Positions 1 through 13,772 of a DNA stretch of 64,000 nt are shown piece after piece. The stretch spans positions 88,412,001 to 88,476,000 of the forward strand of contig OZ024743.1 of assembly GCA_964016885.1 (NCBI GenBank), written 5' to 3'. The position numbers were made by a program, and so were the translations under genes. This stretch comes from Eledone cirrhosa. Taxonomy: Eukaryota. The notes under the pieces are model-generated. The model was not told the origin of the DNA and made no database searches. It was given only the letters and a program-made list of their open reading frames with translations. Position 1 is the stretch's first letter, and each line of letters opens with the position of its first letter.

Positions 1-26
1 GAGAAAGGAAAAAGACTTGAACTACT

Positions 27-1005
27 AACCCTTCTGATACCAAACTACTCCTAGTTATATGATGCAAAACTGTCCATTTTAATATGTCCAAACTAATATT
101 AGAACTTTCTTCTTCTTCTCTTCCCCCTCATCATCCTCCTCCTTCGCCCACTTATTCCTGAGAGGGTTATGCAGGAAGAGTCCTCCAAACACTCCTTCCA
201 GTGGGTCCTGTCAGAAGCAACCGTTTTCAACTGATCTAGCTGAATCCCCAAGCGAGACCAGTCAAGTTCATGGATGTTATCCAACCATCTTGCTCGGGGT
301 CTACCCTTGGGTCTCCTGCCATTTGGTTTTGCCCATAAGATCTATCCAGCAATTCTTTCCTGAGACATTCTAACCACATGCCTACAGTATCAGAGCTGTG
401 ATCTCTCAATTCGGAGAAGTAGCAGCTCTACCTGGAGTGACTCTCTGATTACCGAGCAATGCACTCAATCGAGTAACGTTACTCCAAAGACCCTTCAGAG
501 GAACCCCATTTTGACCACTTGTATTCACAGTTTAGTCAGCATTTGGTAATCCGAAAGGAGGTAATTTTAGAACCTTCCATCATAATATTTTGAAAAAACG
601 TTTTGTTAAATAATGTTTCAAATATCAGCTAACTAATGAAAAGGTCATTTTATTAAATTACTTGAAACTTTTGATTATTTTCCAAATTAATTAAAACATG
701 TAGACAATGTATTTCATCAGAAATATGGTAATGAAGGGATAACTATTTATTTTCTGTCTCTTTCTCTTATGTATGTATCCTTTTGATACCAACTCAGACC
801 AAAATCTGGCTCTGGTTCTAGGAATCAAAACCACCCATTTTAAAGAGTTCCTATAGAAATTAAAATTTCCCAACATAATTTTATATAACAATCATATGTT
901 AAGTTACTATCTTAGTAATAAAAAATAATTTTACTAAATCCCTCAAAATTCTTCATTAATTGAAATTGAGTGTGTTTTATTAGAAATACAGTCACCAAAG
1001 GGTTA
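27..1005. mobile_element. Two adjacent degenerate piggyBac-like MITE copies (CCCTTYTGATACCAA...GAAGGG/AAAGGG termini); the first is interrupted by a LINE fragment
   Basis: AACCCTTCTGATACCAAAC at ~27 with ATGAAGGGATAA at ~740; CCTTTTGATACCAAC at ~779 with CCAAAGGGTTA at ~1004. Similar termini recur at ~18580, ~31930, ~55522, ~56380, ~62070 and ~62616, often next to TTAA. Confidence 0.5.
107..540 (-). mobile_element. Rex3/Expander-like RTE LINE, 3' fragment
   Basis: The minus strand encodes the C-terminal block (VELLLLRIERSQL...GRRPKGRPRARWLDNIHELDWSRLGI) and ends in a (GAA)n-type tail at ~107-147. Homologous to 1073-1760, 31457-31881 and 46510-48680. Confidence 0.8.
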
Positions 1006-1072
1006 CCCTTTTTTATATATATTGTGATCCCTAAGCCTCCCTCTTGTCTATGTCTACCACCACAGCAGACTT

Positions 1073-1760
1073 TCTTCTTCTTCGTCCACTTATTCTTGAG
1101 AGGGTCATGGAAGCAAAGTCCTCAGATATGCCTTCAGAGGGTCCTATCAAAAACATCCATCTCCAAATGATCCAGGTGGTTGTTATCCAACCATCTCGCT
1201 CGTGGTCTACCTCTGCGGCTCCTGACGGTTGTGGTTTTGTGCGTAAAATCTATCTGTCTAGCAATTCTTTCCTGAGACATTCTAGCCATATATGCATAGT
1301 ACTGGAGCTGTAATCTCTTGATGCGGAGAAGTAACGGCTCTACTTGAAGCAATTCTCTGATCTCTGAGCTACGCACTTTATTGAGTATCGTGACTCCTAA
1401 GACCCTTCGGAGGAACCCCATTTCAGCCATTTGGATTCTCGATCATATTCTTTTGGTCATTACTTAAGATTCATGACCATAGGTAAGGGTTGGCACAAAT
1501 TGAAAATAACAATTTTGGCTTTTACACCCACCTCCCTTCTTCTGATTCCTGAATGTTGAAGCTGGCGCATTACTGCACCAGCTCCTGCAATTCTTACACT
1601 TAATTCAGCCTCTTGCCCAGTGATTCTTTCCTTAGACATTGTAACCACATGTGCATAGTACTGGAGCTGTGATCTCTTGATGTGGAGAAGTGACTGCTCT
1701 CCCTGGAGTGACTCCCTGATATCCAAGCTACAAGCCCTATTGAGTAACGTTATAACAGAC
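1073..1760 (-). mobile_element. Rex3/Expander-like RTE LINE, rearranged 3' fragment
   Basis: ORF 1134-1430 reads AEMGFLRRVLGVT...VEPLLLRIKRLQLQYY...RGRPRARW, with a (GAA)n tail at ~1073. Segment ~1620-1760 repeats part of ~1260-1395. Confidence 0.8.
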
Positions 1761-1959
1761 TTTCCATAACACAATCACTTACTTATCTTTTAAACCTAAC
1801 AAAAGAGAGAAAAAAAGGAGGGAGGAATCAATTAAGCCTGCTGTTTTTAGAGTTTCATAAAATTCCTTTATTGGCTGTCTCTTATCAATATGGTGTTATT
1901 TGTTGGAGGAGACAGAGTAGGAAGGGACAGAAGAGGAATTGTTCTATTATCAATGCCTT

Positions 1960-2905
1960 CATCACCAACACTACCACCTTCACCATTTCTGTGACCACTG
2001 CCTCTACCACCACCACCACTACCAGCATTACTATCCCTACTACTACTACTACTACCTTTAACACTACCACCACAAACATCACTACGCCTACCACACCACC
2101 ACCATCATAATAACAATCATCAACACTACCTCTGATATAGTCATAAACACCACCACTACCACTTCCAGCATCACCATCTTTCAGTCATCACTACTACCAA
2201 TTCAGACAGTCACCACCACCACCATGTCACATCCAACAATATCCAACTTTACTCTCACCATCACCACCATCTATCACTCATCCCAAGTCAGCACCACCAC
2301 CACCACTACCGCAACTACCACAACCATTACCACCATTACCATCACCACCGCAACCATTACCAGCATCACCACCACAAGGAACCAACAAGGGAGTCTCTAG
2401 GTGGCCGCACGACTTGTTAGAAATAGCAGTCAAACTTCCCTCAAATTGCGCCTTAGTATATCATATGAAAAAAGGATACGTTGGATAATATGGTCCTCGA
2501 TTTCCTACACGTGAAAAAGACGAGATGGTCGTGGTTGGACGGCATTTGATCAGAAGTCTGCTCAATCAGTGTTCATCTGGGGTTAAACAGAAACTTCTAC
2601 CCTCCACACTAAAAATAGTCATTAAGCTCACTCGCCATTGTCATCACCATAGTTACTACCATTCACCACTATCACAAACACCATCAGCAGTTATTACCAT
2701 TCGCCGCCACCGCCATAGTAACTACAATTAGACACCACCACAGTAACTACCACTAGCCACCACCACCACCGCCAACTACCATTTGCCGTCGTCGCCGCCG
2801 CTATAGTAACTAACATTAACCATCACCACCACTACCATTCGCCGTCACCACCATAGTAACTACCATTCATCACCACCACCACTAACTACTATCCGTCGCC
2901 ACAGT
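1960..2905. repeat. Low-complexity (ACC/ACT/ATC)n tract interrupted by a SINE/L2-tail-like fragment (~2385-2600)
   Basis: Degenerate trinucleotide repeats. The inserted piece ends CTGGGGTTAAACAG and resembles ~23780-23855 and ~40190-40260 (-). Confidence 0.65.
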
Positions 2906-3934
2906 AGCATGTCATGAACAATTTTGTTTCAACTCAAAAGTATGGCAACTATATCCGACCATCTTTACAGAAATATAAGCTTCTTTAAATAATAGAGAAG
3001 GTGAAGGAGAGGGTTTGTTTGTGTTTGTATGACCAATATGACATGAGGGGGAGGTTGAGTGAACAATGTGAAATGGGTGAGAGAGGGGTAGTATGAAAAA
3101 TGTGGCATAGGTGAGAGAAAGAGAGTGGTAGTGTGGAAAATAGGAGAGAGAGAGAGGTAGTGTGAATAATGTGACATGGAAGAGAGGGTGGAGAGATAGA
3201 TAGAAAGAAATACGTAAAGGATTGAGTGTGTTAAAGTGAAAGGAGGAGGGAGAGGAAAGTTACAAAGAAAGAATGGGAGAGGTATAGGAGGGAGAGATGG
3301 AAATAGAGAGGAGGGTGCTACGAGCGAGAAGTAAAGAGAATGATGTTACGAGAAGTTGAGAGGTACAAGAAAGGGAGAAAAGGTGGAAAGATTGTAGGAG
3401 GGGAAGGGAAAGAGAGACAAATGCGATGTGTTAGGCATGACAGGGGGTGTTGAAGAGATGAGATTGAAACATGGAATATTAGGGAGAGATAGGGGCTAGA
3501 ATGATGGCAAATGCAAAGCCACCAGACTGATTGACATGAAATCTCTCAGCAACACACTCTTCTACATAGGCATGCTGTGGCTGTCTGTCTCTCTTACACT
3601 TTCTATTGGTACTACAATGGCCTCTGCTCCTCCAAACTAGCTTGTCTTTATCACAATCACCCAAGGCCACCCGACTGTTTGACATGAACTCTCACAACAA
3701 TACACTTTTCTACACAATCATGCTCTCTATCTATCGCTATTAGTACTGATGTGGTCTCTACTTCTCTCAACTGGCTTGCTTCATGCCACATCCACCCAAT
3801 CCCACATGACCCACCCCATCCCTTCGCTCATCACCCTATGTTCCGCAGTAATCATGACGTCCATTCCTTCTTTATCAGAACATCAATCAAGCATCTAGAA
3901 TTGCCAATCTGCACTTCCCTCTTTCCCGAGCAGC

Positions 3935-4058
3935 CGCCCACCTCGGCGAAATGCTGAGTAATATCTGCCGATCCGATGTACCGGATATTCGAAATACTAC
4001 AGATGTCAACTTTGCCTTTCATCCTTTCTAGGTCGATAGTACCAGTCCAGTATTGGAG
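3935..4058 (+). mobile_element. tRNA-derived SINE (family S1), degenerate
   Basis: Contains the S1 core GTCAACTTTGCCTTTCATCCTTTCTAGGTCGAT...GTACCAG. Confidence 0.65.
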
Positions 4059-4074
4059 CTCTCTTTTTTCAAAG

Positions 4075-4195
4075 GCATGAGCACGATCCCTTCCTCCAGA
4101 CCCGAGGGCATAGGCACAACCCACTTCCACTGGACCTAAGAGTATGTGCATGACTCCCTTCCTCTAGACCCAAGAGTATGGGCAGGACTCCTTGT
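4075..4195. repeat. Short minisatellite, ~30 bp unit, ~3.5 copies
   Basis: Repeats of CCCTTCCTCYAGACCYRAGRGYATRKGCA. Confidence 0.7.
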
Positions 4196-6270
4196 TGTAG
4201 GGACTAGTGAGAGTCTGGGAAATAGAGAAGACACGTTCGCTAGAGAACTAAGATTTAACGAGAACCGAGAAAGAGTAGAGTATCGAATATACAAAACGAG
4301 AAGTGGATAGTGGATATATATATATATATCCACTATCCACTTTTCATTTATATATATATGTGCGTGTGTGTGTGTCGTGGGTAACAACATTTAAAAAAGG
4401 TACTCAATACGTTGGTAGAGTATAGGCATCTTTATTATATATACAGTATTTATTTCATACGAATGAAACAGTTCTAAGCCTGTAGAAGTGGGTGACGGAA
4501 GAAAGATTTAGGAAAAAGTCTATAAGCTAAATAGAATAAGGATATAAAAAAATCAATAAGATTAGAAACCAAGATGTTATTTAGTTCTTTATTCTAAACT
4601 CTCATTATCATTGTATATATAGAGAGAGATAAATAGATAGATAGATACTGATACATGCACACACACACACACACATATATATACATAGAGTGATATCACA
4701 CTTTCTACTCATTTTCTCTCTTACTATTTCATACACTATCTATTCGCCTCTTCCACCTTTTACTCTTCTTTCTTCATTCATTTCCATAGTTTTTTTTCTT
4801 CTCCCTTTAGTGCTCTTTCACTTTAATTTCATCTCCGCCCCTTCGCTTTCTTACTCCACCTGCCCCTCCCTCTCTCTCTCTCTTTCTTTTACCCCTCTCC
4901 CCTCTACTCTGGCTGACTGTCCAACTGAAAACAAAACAAGACATTTTTATTATCAAACTATCTTTTAGCTTTCCAATGATAATAATTGAATCCATTTCCT
5001 ACTACTACTACTACCTTTATATGCCCCCATCCCGCTACGACCACCATCACCCGCTCTGCTGTTGCCCAGATTACAACCTTCTCTCTTTCTCCACACAAGC
5101 ACTCGGTACCTGCATGTTAGTGCTATCCATGTATTTATTTATATAATTTATACATATCACGCAGATCATTCTGGCTACATCTGCCCAGAAACACTTGCGT
5201 CTTGCAAATAATTTACCACCTCAAAACTAGAAACACTATTGTCATCCACATCCACATATATCATCATCATCTTCCGTATATTATTTCATTGTAGTTTCGG
5301 ACGAATATCCTCATCATTTATTTACTTAAACGACATGGTTCCCATAGGCAATATGTAGTCGTTTCCCATACATATGTAGGGAAGCTAAAGACCTTTAGCA
5401 ATGAGGGAATACCAAAAAATCTCCTCAGACCGGGTTACGCTATCCTCCCTTTAAATCTAAGTCTTCCAGATTACGTAAAACGATCATAAATGTTTGTGAA
5501 TGAAAGAACAGCAAATGATGCCGATGATGCATATGTGTGTATAATTTATATTGTGAGAGTGTGGAGAGACAGAGTGAAAGAGAGGAGTGAATTAAACTGA
5601 TTAGTTGGGAGTTAATGGCAGGGAGAAAGTTACAAGTATGCAGGGTATGCTTCTTCGCACTCTCACCCTCTCTCCCACTCTCTCAAGGACCGCAAAACCG
5701 CGAGGGGGTGGAGGTTACCAGGATGGAGGGAGGGTATCTTTTCGCCTCCAAAAAAATCTTCCATTAAAATAGTGAGAAAGGCTGTTAAAATTATATTTCG
5801 GCATTTTAACTACTCGAATATACATATATTTTGTCTGTGTGAGCGCTTCTTTTTATGAGCCATGCCCTCCCTCCCTCTAAAAACAGCTCGGCAGTCCTTG
5901 TCTATAGCCAATTAACTGACACATATTACACACACATACATGCATTTCACTTCCACACATAGGCACTCACTTAAATCTACAGACAAATGTATACACTGAC
6001 ACACAGACACAAATCGTACGTGTTGTACCAGACACGTGCACATAGAAAACAACACTGGTGTACACACTAGCACACACACCAGCGTTTTAGTGAAATAGAG
6101 AAGTAGGCTGTAATAATATAGCACTTAGAACAAAATATGCCAGTGATGTTAGTACACATCAGTGAGCAAATATGACATGTCATAGAAACTAATACAAAAG
6201 ATTTACTGTTATATCGTAAACAGAGCCATATTATTGATAAGGCTTACTATGCCAAAGCTTAGGGATTCCA

Positions 6271-6760
6271 CCAGGGCTGATCAAAAGTAATCGGGTCTAT
6301 GGCGCCTATGGGTGCTTCCGCCAGGGCAATATTTAACGGGGGACAAAGAGGGAAATTACCCCGGGACCCCACCAACGACGGCTGTAGCAATTTATTTATG
6401 TCCTCAGTTGGGCTTTTTAGTTTTAGGGTGGTTAGAATTTTTTAATTTAATACCTGTATGTATAACTTTTCAATTCCAATTACTTGTGCCAAGCTAACTT
6501 TGATATGTAAAATTGGGAGGTTTGCTGTGTATTCTAATTTTTTGTGTATAGGGGGTCCCCCACAAACCCGAAGAATACCCCATCCCACGACTAATAGAGA
6601 CCTCTGTGCTTGAGTACTCTCATCTCACCAAGTACACACAATACACCCAATTAGGCCCATTATTTCCTACGGCTTATCCTGGAAGTCCGTCAAGATTATT
6701 TTTTTGCTGTAGTGAGGGGAAAGACTGAAATGCCAGGGGGAACCCCAAATACCTGAAAGC
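6271..6760. mobile_element. hAT-like MITE, homologous to 18241-18538
   Basis: Starts CAGGGCTG. Internal ~230 bp (…TAGCAATTTATTT…CCAATTACTTGT…AAGCTAACTTTGATATGTAAAATTGG…) is shared with 18255-18500. Confidence 0.55.
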
Positions 6761-6954
6761 CTAGATAACGATTATTATTGTTGAAATCAAGAGGGGTGTT
6801 CTATAATACCATATTGTCTAACAGCGGAGCAATTTATGATAATTGTTAATTACGTTAATTAGTTGGTTAATTAAATATAATTAGTAAACATTTGTACAAA
6901 TATAGTTCATACATGGATTCACAGATTTCTTCCAAGCATTACTGCCATATTGTG

Positions 6955-7115
6955 TTTACTAATAGTAATATGACTATAGTGTGTTGTTGTTTACTGATAG
7001 TATTATTATAGTGTTCACCACTGATAGTAATATCACTATAGTGTGTTCACTATTGATGGTAATATAACTGTAGTGTGTTCACCTCTGATAGTATTATCAC
7101 TAGTGTGTTCACCAA
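6955..7115. repeat. Minisatellite, ~28-30 bp unit
   Basis: Repeats of CTGATAGTAATATCACTATAGTGTGTTCAC. Confidence 0.75.
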
Positions 7116-7652
7116 TGGAAACACAGAAGACAACACTTTTAGATTTTAATTTCTCCTTAAGTGTGTATTTTTAAATGTATATAATAACTAAGGTGATTGC
7201 TGTGTGTATCCAGTTTAGACTAACTACACAAAAATCCTTATGTGTTGTAAGAGGGAACTAAAAGAGTTGATACCAGAAAGAGCATCCAACTGCAAAACCT
7301 TGCCTCATAAGGGATCCCATGATGGGCAGGAAGCCTTTCATGAGGCCTGCAAAACTGACCTCTGCTTCAGCAGGAAAAATGTGGCTGCTTTGTACTCTAA
7401 ATTAAAATCAGACCTACTGGGGTGGTAGACTTAATCCATCACCCAGTACAATAGTAAGACCTGACCCAGGTTGGGGATACCTAATCAGTCTCTGAGGCCC
7501 TGAAAATGGCAATGAGTATTGCCACTCCCTTCCAGCTGCCTTGGCGCCCCAAAAGAGTCATGGGCACTGCCCTTCCCATCCTGAATAAGCAGTAAAAAGC
7601 AATAATAAATAAAGAAAAATTCCATATATATATATATATGAGATATATATAT

Positions 7653-8301
7653 AAAAGAAAATTTCGCTCTACATGGCTGAATACAATAAATGTAATCTGA
7701 GTTTTTCGAATATTAATAATAACATTCGATTCGTTTGCAATTATGCAAACACGCCTCAATTTTATAGCCATGTCAGTAGAATGAACACTTTATTCTTGCT
7801 CTTGTGTTGGCATGCTATAAAATTGAGGCGTGTTTGCATAATTGCAAACGAATCGAATGTTATTATTGATATTCGAAAAACTCAGATTACATTTATCGGA
7901 TTCAGCTATGAAGAGAGAAATTTTCTTTTTTATTTGAATTTGGCAAGGCAGCCATTTATCGCTCGTATACAGGAAACTGACAGGCCAGTCTGCTGATATG
8001 CAAATCTGGCTGATCAGTGGATATGCAGATCTGACTGATCAGCCAATCTGCTAATATGCAAATCAGGCTGATCAGTCACTGTGTATTTTTGAAAATAGCA
8101 TATATTTTCACTAGCTCTGACAGCTTGGCAGGCGAACAGTGAGCTGTACTGATGAAGAGCTGTACTGTTTGAATGCCAACACAAGAGCAAGAATGAAGTA
8201 TTCATTCTACTGATGTTGCTATAAAATTGAGGCTTGTTTGCATAATTGCAAACAAATCGAATGTTATAATTAATATTTGAAAAACTCAGATTACATTTAT
8301 T
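7653..8301. repeat. Compound fold-back (three copies of a ~90-130 bp arm) flanked by TA-rich runs
   Basis: 7653-7768 is inverted at 7814-7930. 7687-7813 (arm plus spacer) is inverted again at ~8173-8301. Short CTGATCAG-containing repeats lie at ~7975-8080. Confidence 0.85.
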
Positions 8302-8584
8302 ATATATAAATATATATATATATTATTCATTGTATAATTACAAATGGCTTAAAACTATTTCCCCTTAGTATTTAATCATGTATTCTTATTCAGTATGCAT
8401 GAAGTTCATTCATTCTTTCAAATGAACCTTGCATATATATGTATTTCCCCTTGCATTTAATCATGTGTTCTTATTTAGTATGCATGAATTAGCCATATGG
8501 CATTTACCCATTTAAATTATGAAATATACTATTTATACTGAATACATATATATATATATCTGTAGCACAGATATGTGCTCTGGT

Positions 8585-8776
8585 CTGGGCTGGATAAATC
8601 ATTAAGCAAAATAAACATATGCTTAGGGTATCAAGGTAAGAGGGGCCCAATTTTATTCAAATTAAATGTATTTGTCATTTGAAAGAAATTTTTCTGTAGA
8701 TTTTATGAGAGTGGGGAGCAGGACACCTATAATCTTTTAAGTACTTAGAGCCTCAAAAAAACTTAAACTAGCCCTG
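8585..8776. mobile_element. hAT-type MITE
   Basis: Imperfect TIRs CTGGGCTGG.../...CTAGCCCTG and an 8 bp TSD GCTCTGGT (8577-8584) / ACTCTGGT (8777-8784). Confidence 0.7.
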
Positions 8777-8861
8777 ACTCTGGTCCATTCAGAGCTACTT
8801 CTCAACTTGGGCAACACCTAGTGTTTTTTTGGTTGTAGTAATAGCAGCAAATATATATATG

Positions 8862-8914
<53 letters not shown>

Positions 8915-8950
8915 GCACACATATATATATACATACATATATATATATAT

Positions 8951-11900
8951 ATCATCATCATCATCACCGTTTTACGTCCGTTCTTCCACGCTACCATGGG
9001 TTAGACGGGTTGTCCTGTTGTGGGTAGTGTCCGGTCGGTTCACCTTGTCTTGCTCATACGGGAACTGATTCTGGCTTGATTTCTACAGCTGGATGCCCTT
9101 CCTAACACCAACCTCATTTACAGTGAGTGCTGGGTGCTTTTTTTCAGTGGCGCCTACACGTCCACTTCACAGTGTGGGCTGGGTGCTTTTTTGCTGCGGC
9201 ACCTCCACAACCACTTTGCCGTGGGAGGGTGTGGGTGCATATTGTCTATATGCTTCAGCTTCGGCTTGTACCCGTGGGGGGGGGGGGTCTTCTGTGTTAC
9301 TGCGTGACGCCAGAGGTCACGGTCGTGTGTCATTGCCTTTGAGAGGTGTAATTGGGTATGGTCGGCTTTTATCACCTCATCCCAGGTCTTCTTGGGTCTC
9401 CCCACTCCGCGGTTTCCATCGACTTCTAGTCCTCTGCACCTTTTTATGCAGCTGTCATCCTTCATATGCATCACATGTCCATACCAACACAACCGCCTCT
9501 TCTGCACACAGCATTTGATTCCTCTTATGCTTAGTCTCTCTCTCAATTCATTTATGCTTTGCCGTTCGCGTATATTACTATTACACATCCATCGGGGCAT
9601 GCAGGCTTTGTTTCTTTCTAATCTACGCAAGTCTTCCACATTCAGCGCCCAGGTCTCACTACCATGTAACATTGCTGTTCGTATACACGCATCATACAGT
9701 CTGCCTTTCATTTTGAGGGAAAAGCCTTTTGCAGCTAACAGTGGCAGTAGCTCCCTGAACTTCTTCCATCCCGTTCTTGTTATTGTACTTTCCGAACACC
9801 CACCTCCGGTGCTAATTCAGTAACCTAGGGAGCAGAAGCTGTCTACTGTTTCTACAGAGCCCTCCCAGAGTTTAGTGGTACTTGTTTCCTGTGGCTGTTT
9901 GCTGCTTGCTTTCCCAGCACAGCTGCTATATGTGAAGCCTACATTCTAAGTTAAGCTTCCTGAGATCCCACTACGTCTCTTGTGTACCCATTGTTTGCAT
10001 TTGTGGCAGAGAATGGAGTTCCTACCTACACCTTTCCTACATACTGAGCAAGGCCATTCCCTGAGGGGATCTGGGTTCTGTTTTCTCGTCTACTTACAAG
10101 GACCTTAGTCTTTGTCAGGTTGACTTTAAGACCCTTTCTTTCTAGTCCCTGCTTCCAAGTTTGGTATTTCTTCTCTAGTTCTACCATAGATTCAGCTATA
10201 AGTGTGAGGTCATCTGCATACAGGAGTTCCCATGGGCATCTGGTCTTAAACTCCTCTGTTATTGCCTGCAGGACTATGATGAACAGGAGAGGGCTAAGAA
10301 CAGAGCCCTGCTGGACACCAACCTGTACGCTAAATTCCTCGCTATAGTCATTGCTAATCCTAACTTTGCTGACTTCTCCCCTATACATGGCTTGTACAAC
10401 TTTCACAAGCCATTCATCTACTCCTAGTTTTCTAAGAGCCCACCAGGTTATAGCATGGGGAACTCTGTCAAAGACTTTCTCGAGATCGACGAATGCCAGG
10501 TAGAGTGGCTTACTTTTAGCTAGGTACTTTTCCTGTAACTGCCTCACAAGGAAGAGGGCATCAGTGGTGCCTCTTCCTGGTACAAACCCAAATTGCATCT
10601 CATCTAGTTTCACCCAGTCCCTAATCAACTGTGCTATAACTCTTTCTGTTACTTTCATGACCTGGTGCATCAGCTTTATACCTCTATAGTTTCCTTTATC
10701 TAGTGCATCACCTTTACCTTTGTAGCAGTTGACAATGATGCTATTGCACCAATCCTTTGGTATGACACCCTCTAGTATTACCTGGTTAACAATACATGTG
10801 GTTATGGTGTGACCTACCGACCCAGATGCCTTCAGCATCTCGGCAGCTATACCCAAAGGACCGGTTGCCTTCCCTGTCTTCATACCTTTGATTGCCTTAC
10901 TTACTATTCTGCTGCTGACTTGTAGTGCTGGCCCCTCTATAGGGTCTACTTGGGGTAGGGTCTCTTCTTCCCATGCATCTCCTCATTTAGTAATCTATCA
11001 TAATGGCTCTTCCATGCATCTTTCTTCTCAGCACTTGTGAGGGAAAGCTCACCTTTATCATTCCGGATACACTTCTCTCCAATGACATCACAATTCTCTC
11101 TGACACACTGCCTCGCAATCTTGAACACCTCCTGTTTCTGGTCCTCGCGTTGTAAAACATGCTTGAATTTTCTATCCTCTGCTTCCCTCCTAGCTAAGTA
11201 TACTAGTCGCCTAGCTTCCCTCCTGGTCTCTATGTAATGTACCCTGCTACCCCCGTTCTTCCATTCTTTCCATGCCTGTCTCTTGGCCTTAACTGCCTCA
11301 TCTACCTTATTGTTCCACCACCAAGTCACTCTCCTCCTGCTTGTGGTCTTTCTCCAGCCACAGATCTCATCCGTCGCCTTTAGTAAGTTATTTTTTATCA
11401 ACTCCCAGTGCTCTTCTACATTGAATGTCTCTATCTGTTCTTCTTTACTGTTATAGGCATCGAGTAAAATATCTTTAAGTCTGTTACTGGCTGAGGGGTC
11501 TTTCAGCTTCCAGATCTTTCTTCTCCAAGTTGGCTTCTGTTTCCAGGTTCGTCTAGTTCTGACCGTGAGGTCACTGACAACTAAGCTATGTTGGGAGGTA
11601 TATTCCTCACTAGGGAAGGCTTTTGTGTTTACGACTGTCCATCTGTCACGTCCTCTGATGAAGATAAAATCTATCTGACTAGAATGCTCCCCTGATCTAT
11701 AGGTCATCAGGTCGTTGTCGGGTTTTTTTGAAGTTTGTGTTACATATCAACATGTCATTGGTATCACAGAATTCTAGAAGCCTGAATCCTTCTTCATTTC
11801 TTGTGCCAACCCCATGGCCTCCATGGACTCTATAGAAGCCATCACGGTTTACTTATGTGTCCGTTAAAATCTCCTGCAATGATTAGGAAGTCATTGTCGT

Positions 11901-12320
11901 TTGTTAGAGCAGTAGTGGGCATTAGAGACTCGTTAATCCTATCCTTAAGTTCGTCTGGCAACTCCGATTGGGGTGCGTAAGCTGATATTATTGTGGTAAT
12001 TGTTTCATTCAGGACTAGTCTGAGTTTAATGATTCTTGCATTCACCCTGTTCACTGAGATTACCTTATCTACCCATTTGTCAGCTAGTAGGATACCTACA
12101 CCACCGATCCCATTGTCATTTCCCACCCAGAAAAATTTGTAGCACTGACTTTTTCCTACACAGCATACATCAATTTCCTTTCGCTCTAGAATCTCTACGA
12201 TTTCTCCTGCTCTTCGTTTCATTGTGCTTACATTGATGGTTCCAACTCGGAGTTTTGGGCATTTGTCAACATTCGTGGGAAAGGGTCGATTTTTGCATGG
12301 GTGTGTGTATGCTTCTTGTC
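8951..12320 (-). mobile_element. Near full-length, disrupted RTE LINE (subfamily A, same family as 26068-29088)
   Basis: Collinear ORF pieces 11842-12399 (APE N-term: LRVGTINV, ISAYAPQ, AGDFNGH), 10946-11707, 10026-10883 (RT: FVDLEK, QGSVLSPLLF, YADD) and 9154-9711, separated by frameshifts and stops. Long 3' UTR and (GAT)n tail at ~8951. Confidence 0.95.
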
Positions 12321-12399
12321 TCTGAATTGAAGCTTCACATGGGTATATATATACACACACACACACACATATATTTATATACATATATATATATATCAA

Positions 12400-12650
12400 C
12401 AGTCAATCGACAAGATCCCAGACCTCATTCACTTAACGAGTGGGGTGGAGCTAGTCAAACCAGACTGAGGAAACAATGTTTCCACTGGTATTTTCAATTA
12501 CTAATACTGTCGGTCACAAACCCAGGCAGAGTGAACAACATGAAATAAAATGTCTTGCTCAAGGACATAAAGCATTGCCCAGTCTGCGAATCAAAATCAC
12601 AACCTAACGATTGCAAATCCAATTCTCAAACCACTCAGCCACATGCCTTC
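12400..12650 (-). mobile_element. tRNA-headed SINE with CORE-like segment (family S2)
   Basis: Minus strand has an A-box-like TGGCTGAGTGG followed by TGTCCTTGAGCAAGACATTTTATTTCA. Related copies at ~24645-24870, ~34316-34645 and ~57960-58065. Confidence 0.6.
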
Positions 12651-13708
12651 ACAATATATATATATACATACATACATATATATATATATATACACACACA
12701 CACATATATACATACAGCCACCCCATGATCCAATATGGTTATTAAATGATATCAAATGATTCCTGTCCATGAAGCTTTTTATAGTGAGGAAAGACCTTGT
12801 ACTGGACCAGTCACCCACACTGAGCAACAACAGCTATAATCTGAAAAGAAGAACAGATCAACATTTGTTACTATTGAACTGCAAGTTTTACATCACAGTT
12901 TTCTTCTTCTAGAACAAGGGTTCTCAACCCATTTCGGCCAAACTTTTGCCCCTCGAAATCACGAAACGCCTCCCTACCCTATTTTTCCATTTTTCAATAT
13001 ACTACTGATTTTGATATCAGTAGATTACTGGGCCAAATCAAGTTATGTTAGAATCTTTAAAAAATACTCGTACAAATTAAATACAAAAAGGTTTCAGTCC
13101 AAAACAAAAGCAAGCTATTTCAAATTCTATATTTTTGAAAAAAAAAAAAGATTTGATCTCAGTCGAAAAAGCTTTTTTTTTTTAAATTCTATATTTGACT
13201 GTTAGCTGTTGTAATATTTTGAGTGGATAGACAATTCTACAATTCAAACTGTAAAGTCAAAATACAAAAGATGCAAAATATGAAGAATTTCTTACCTTTC
13301 TCTGAAATCACAAACTCAGGGGGAAAATAGTACCTTGCAAAATAAAATACTTAGTAGCAACGAATGAATTGAGAAGCTTGGTGACAGTGAGAAAGCCATA
13401 TCTGTATCCCTTATATATATACATAGATAGATACACACACACATAAACGCGCACACACACACACACAAACTGTGTGTGTGCCTTGGTTTTTGTACAGAAA
13501 GAATTTTGTCTCCAGTTTTTATTGCCATGTCAAAGGCCATTGCTCTTTTCAACAACGCCATATATATATATATATATATATATATAAATGAAGAGAGAAA
13601 GAGGGAGGGACAGAGAGAGTAAGAAATGTGTGTGTATGTGTGTGTTTGGTACACAGCTATCTATCTCCAACAGGGGGCTCAAACATGGTAGACCAGACTG
13701 AAAAAAGA

Positions 13709-13771
<63 letters not shown>

Positions 13772-13772
<1 letters not shown>

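Noticed and set aside
5290-5325. Hammerhead-like motif on the minus strand (aUGAUGA-GGAuauucgUCC-GAAAC)
   Set aside because: C3 is missing and neither stem III nor stem I can be formed; at best a decayed remnant.
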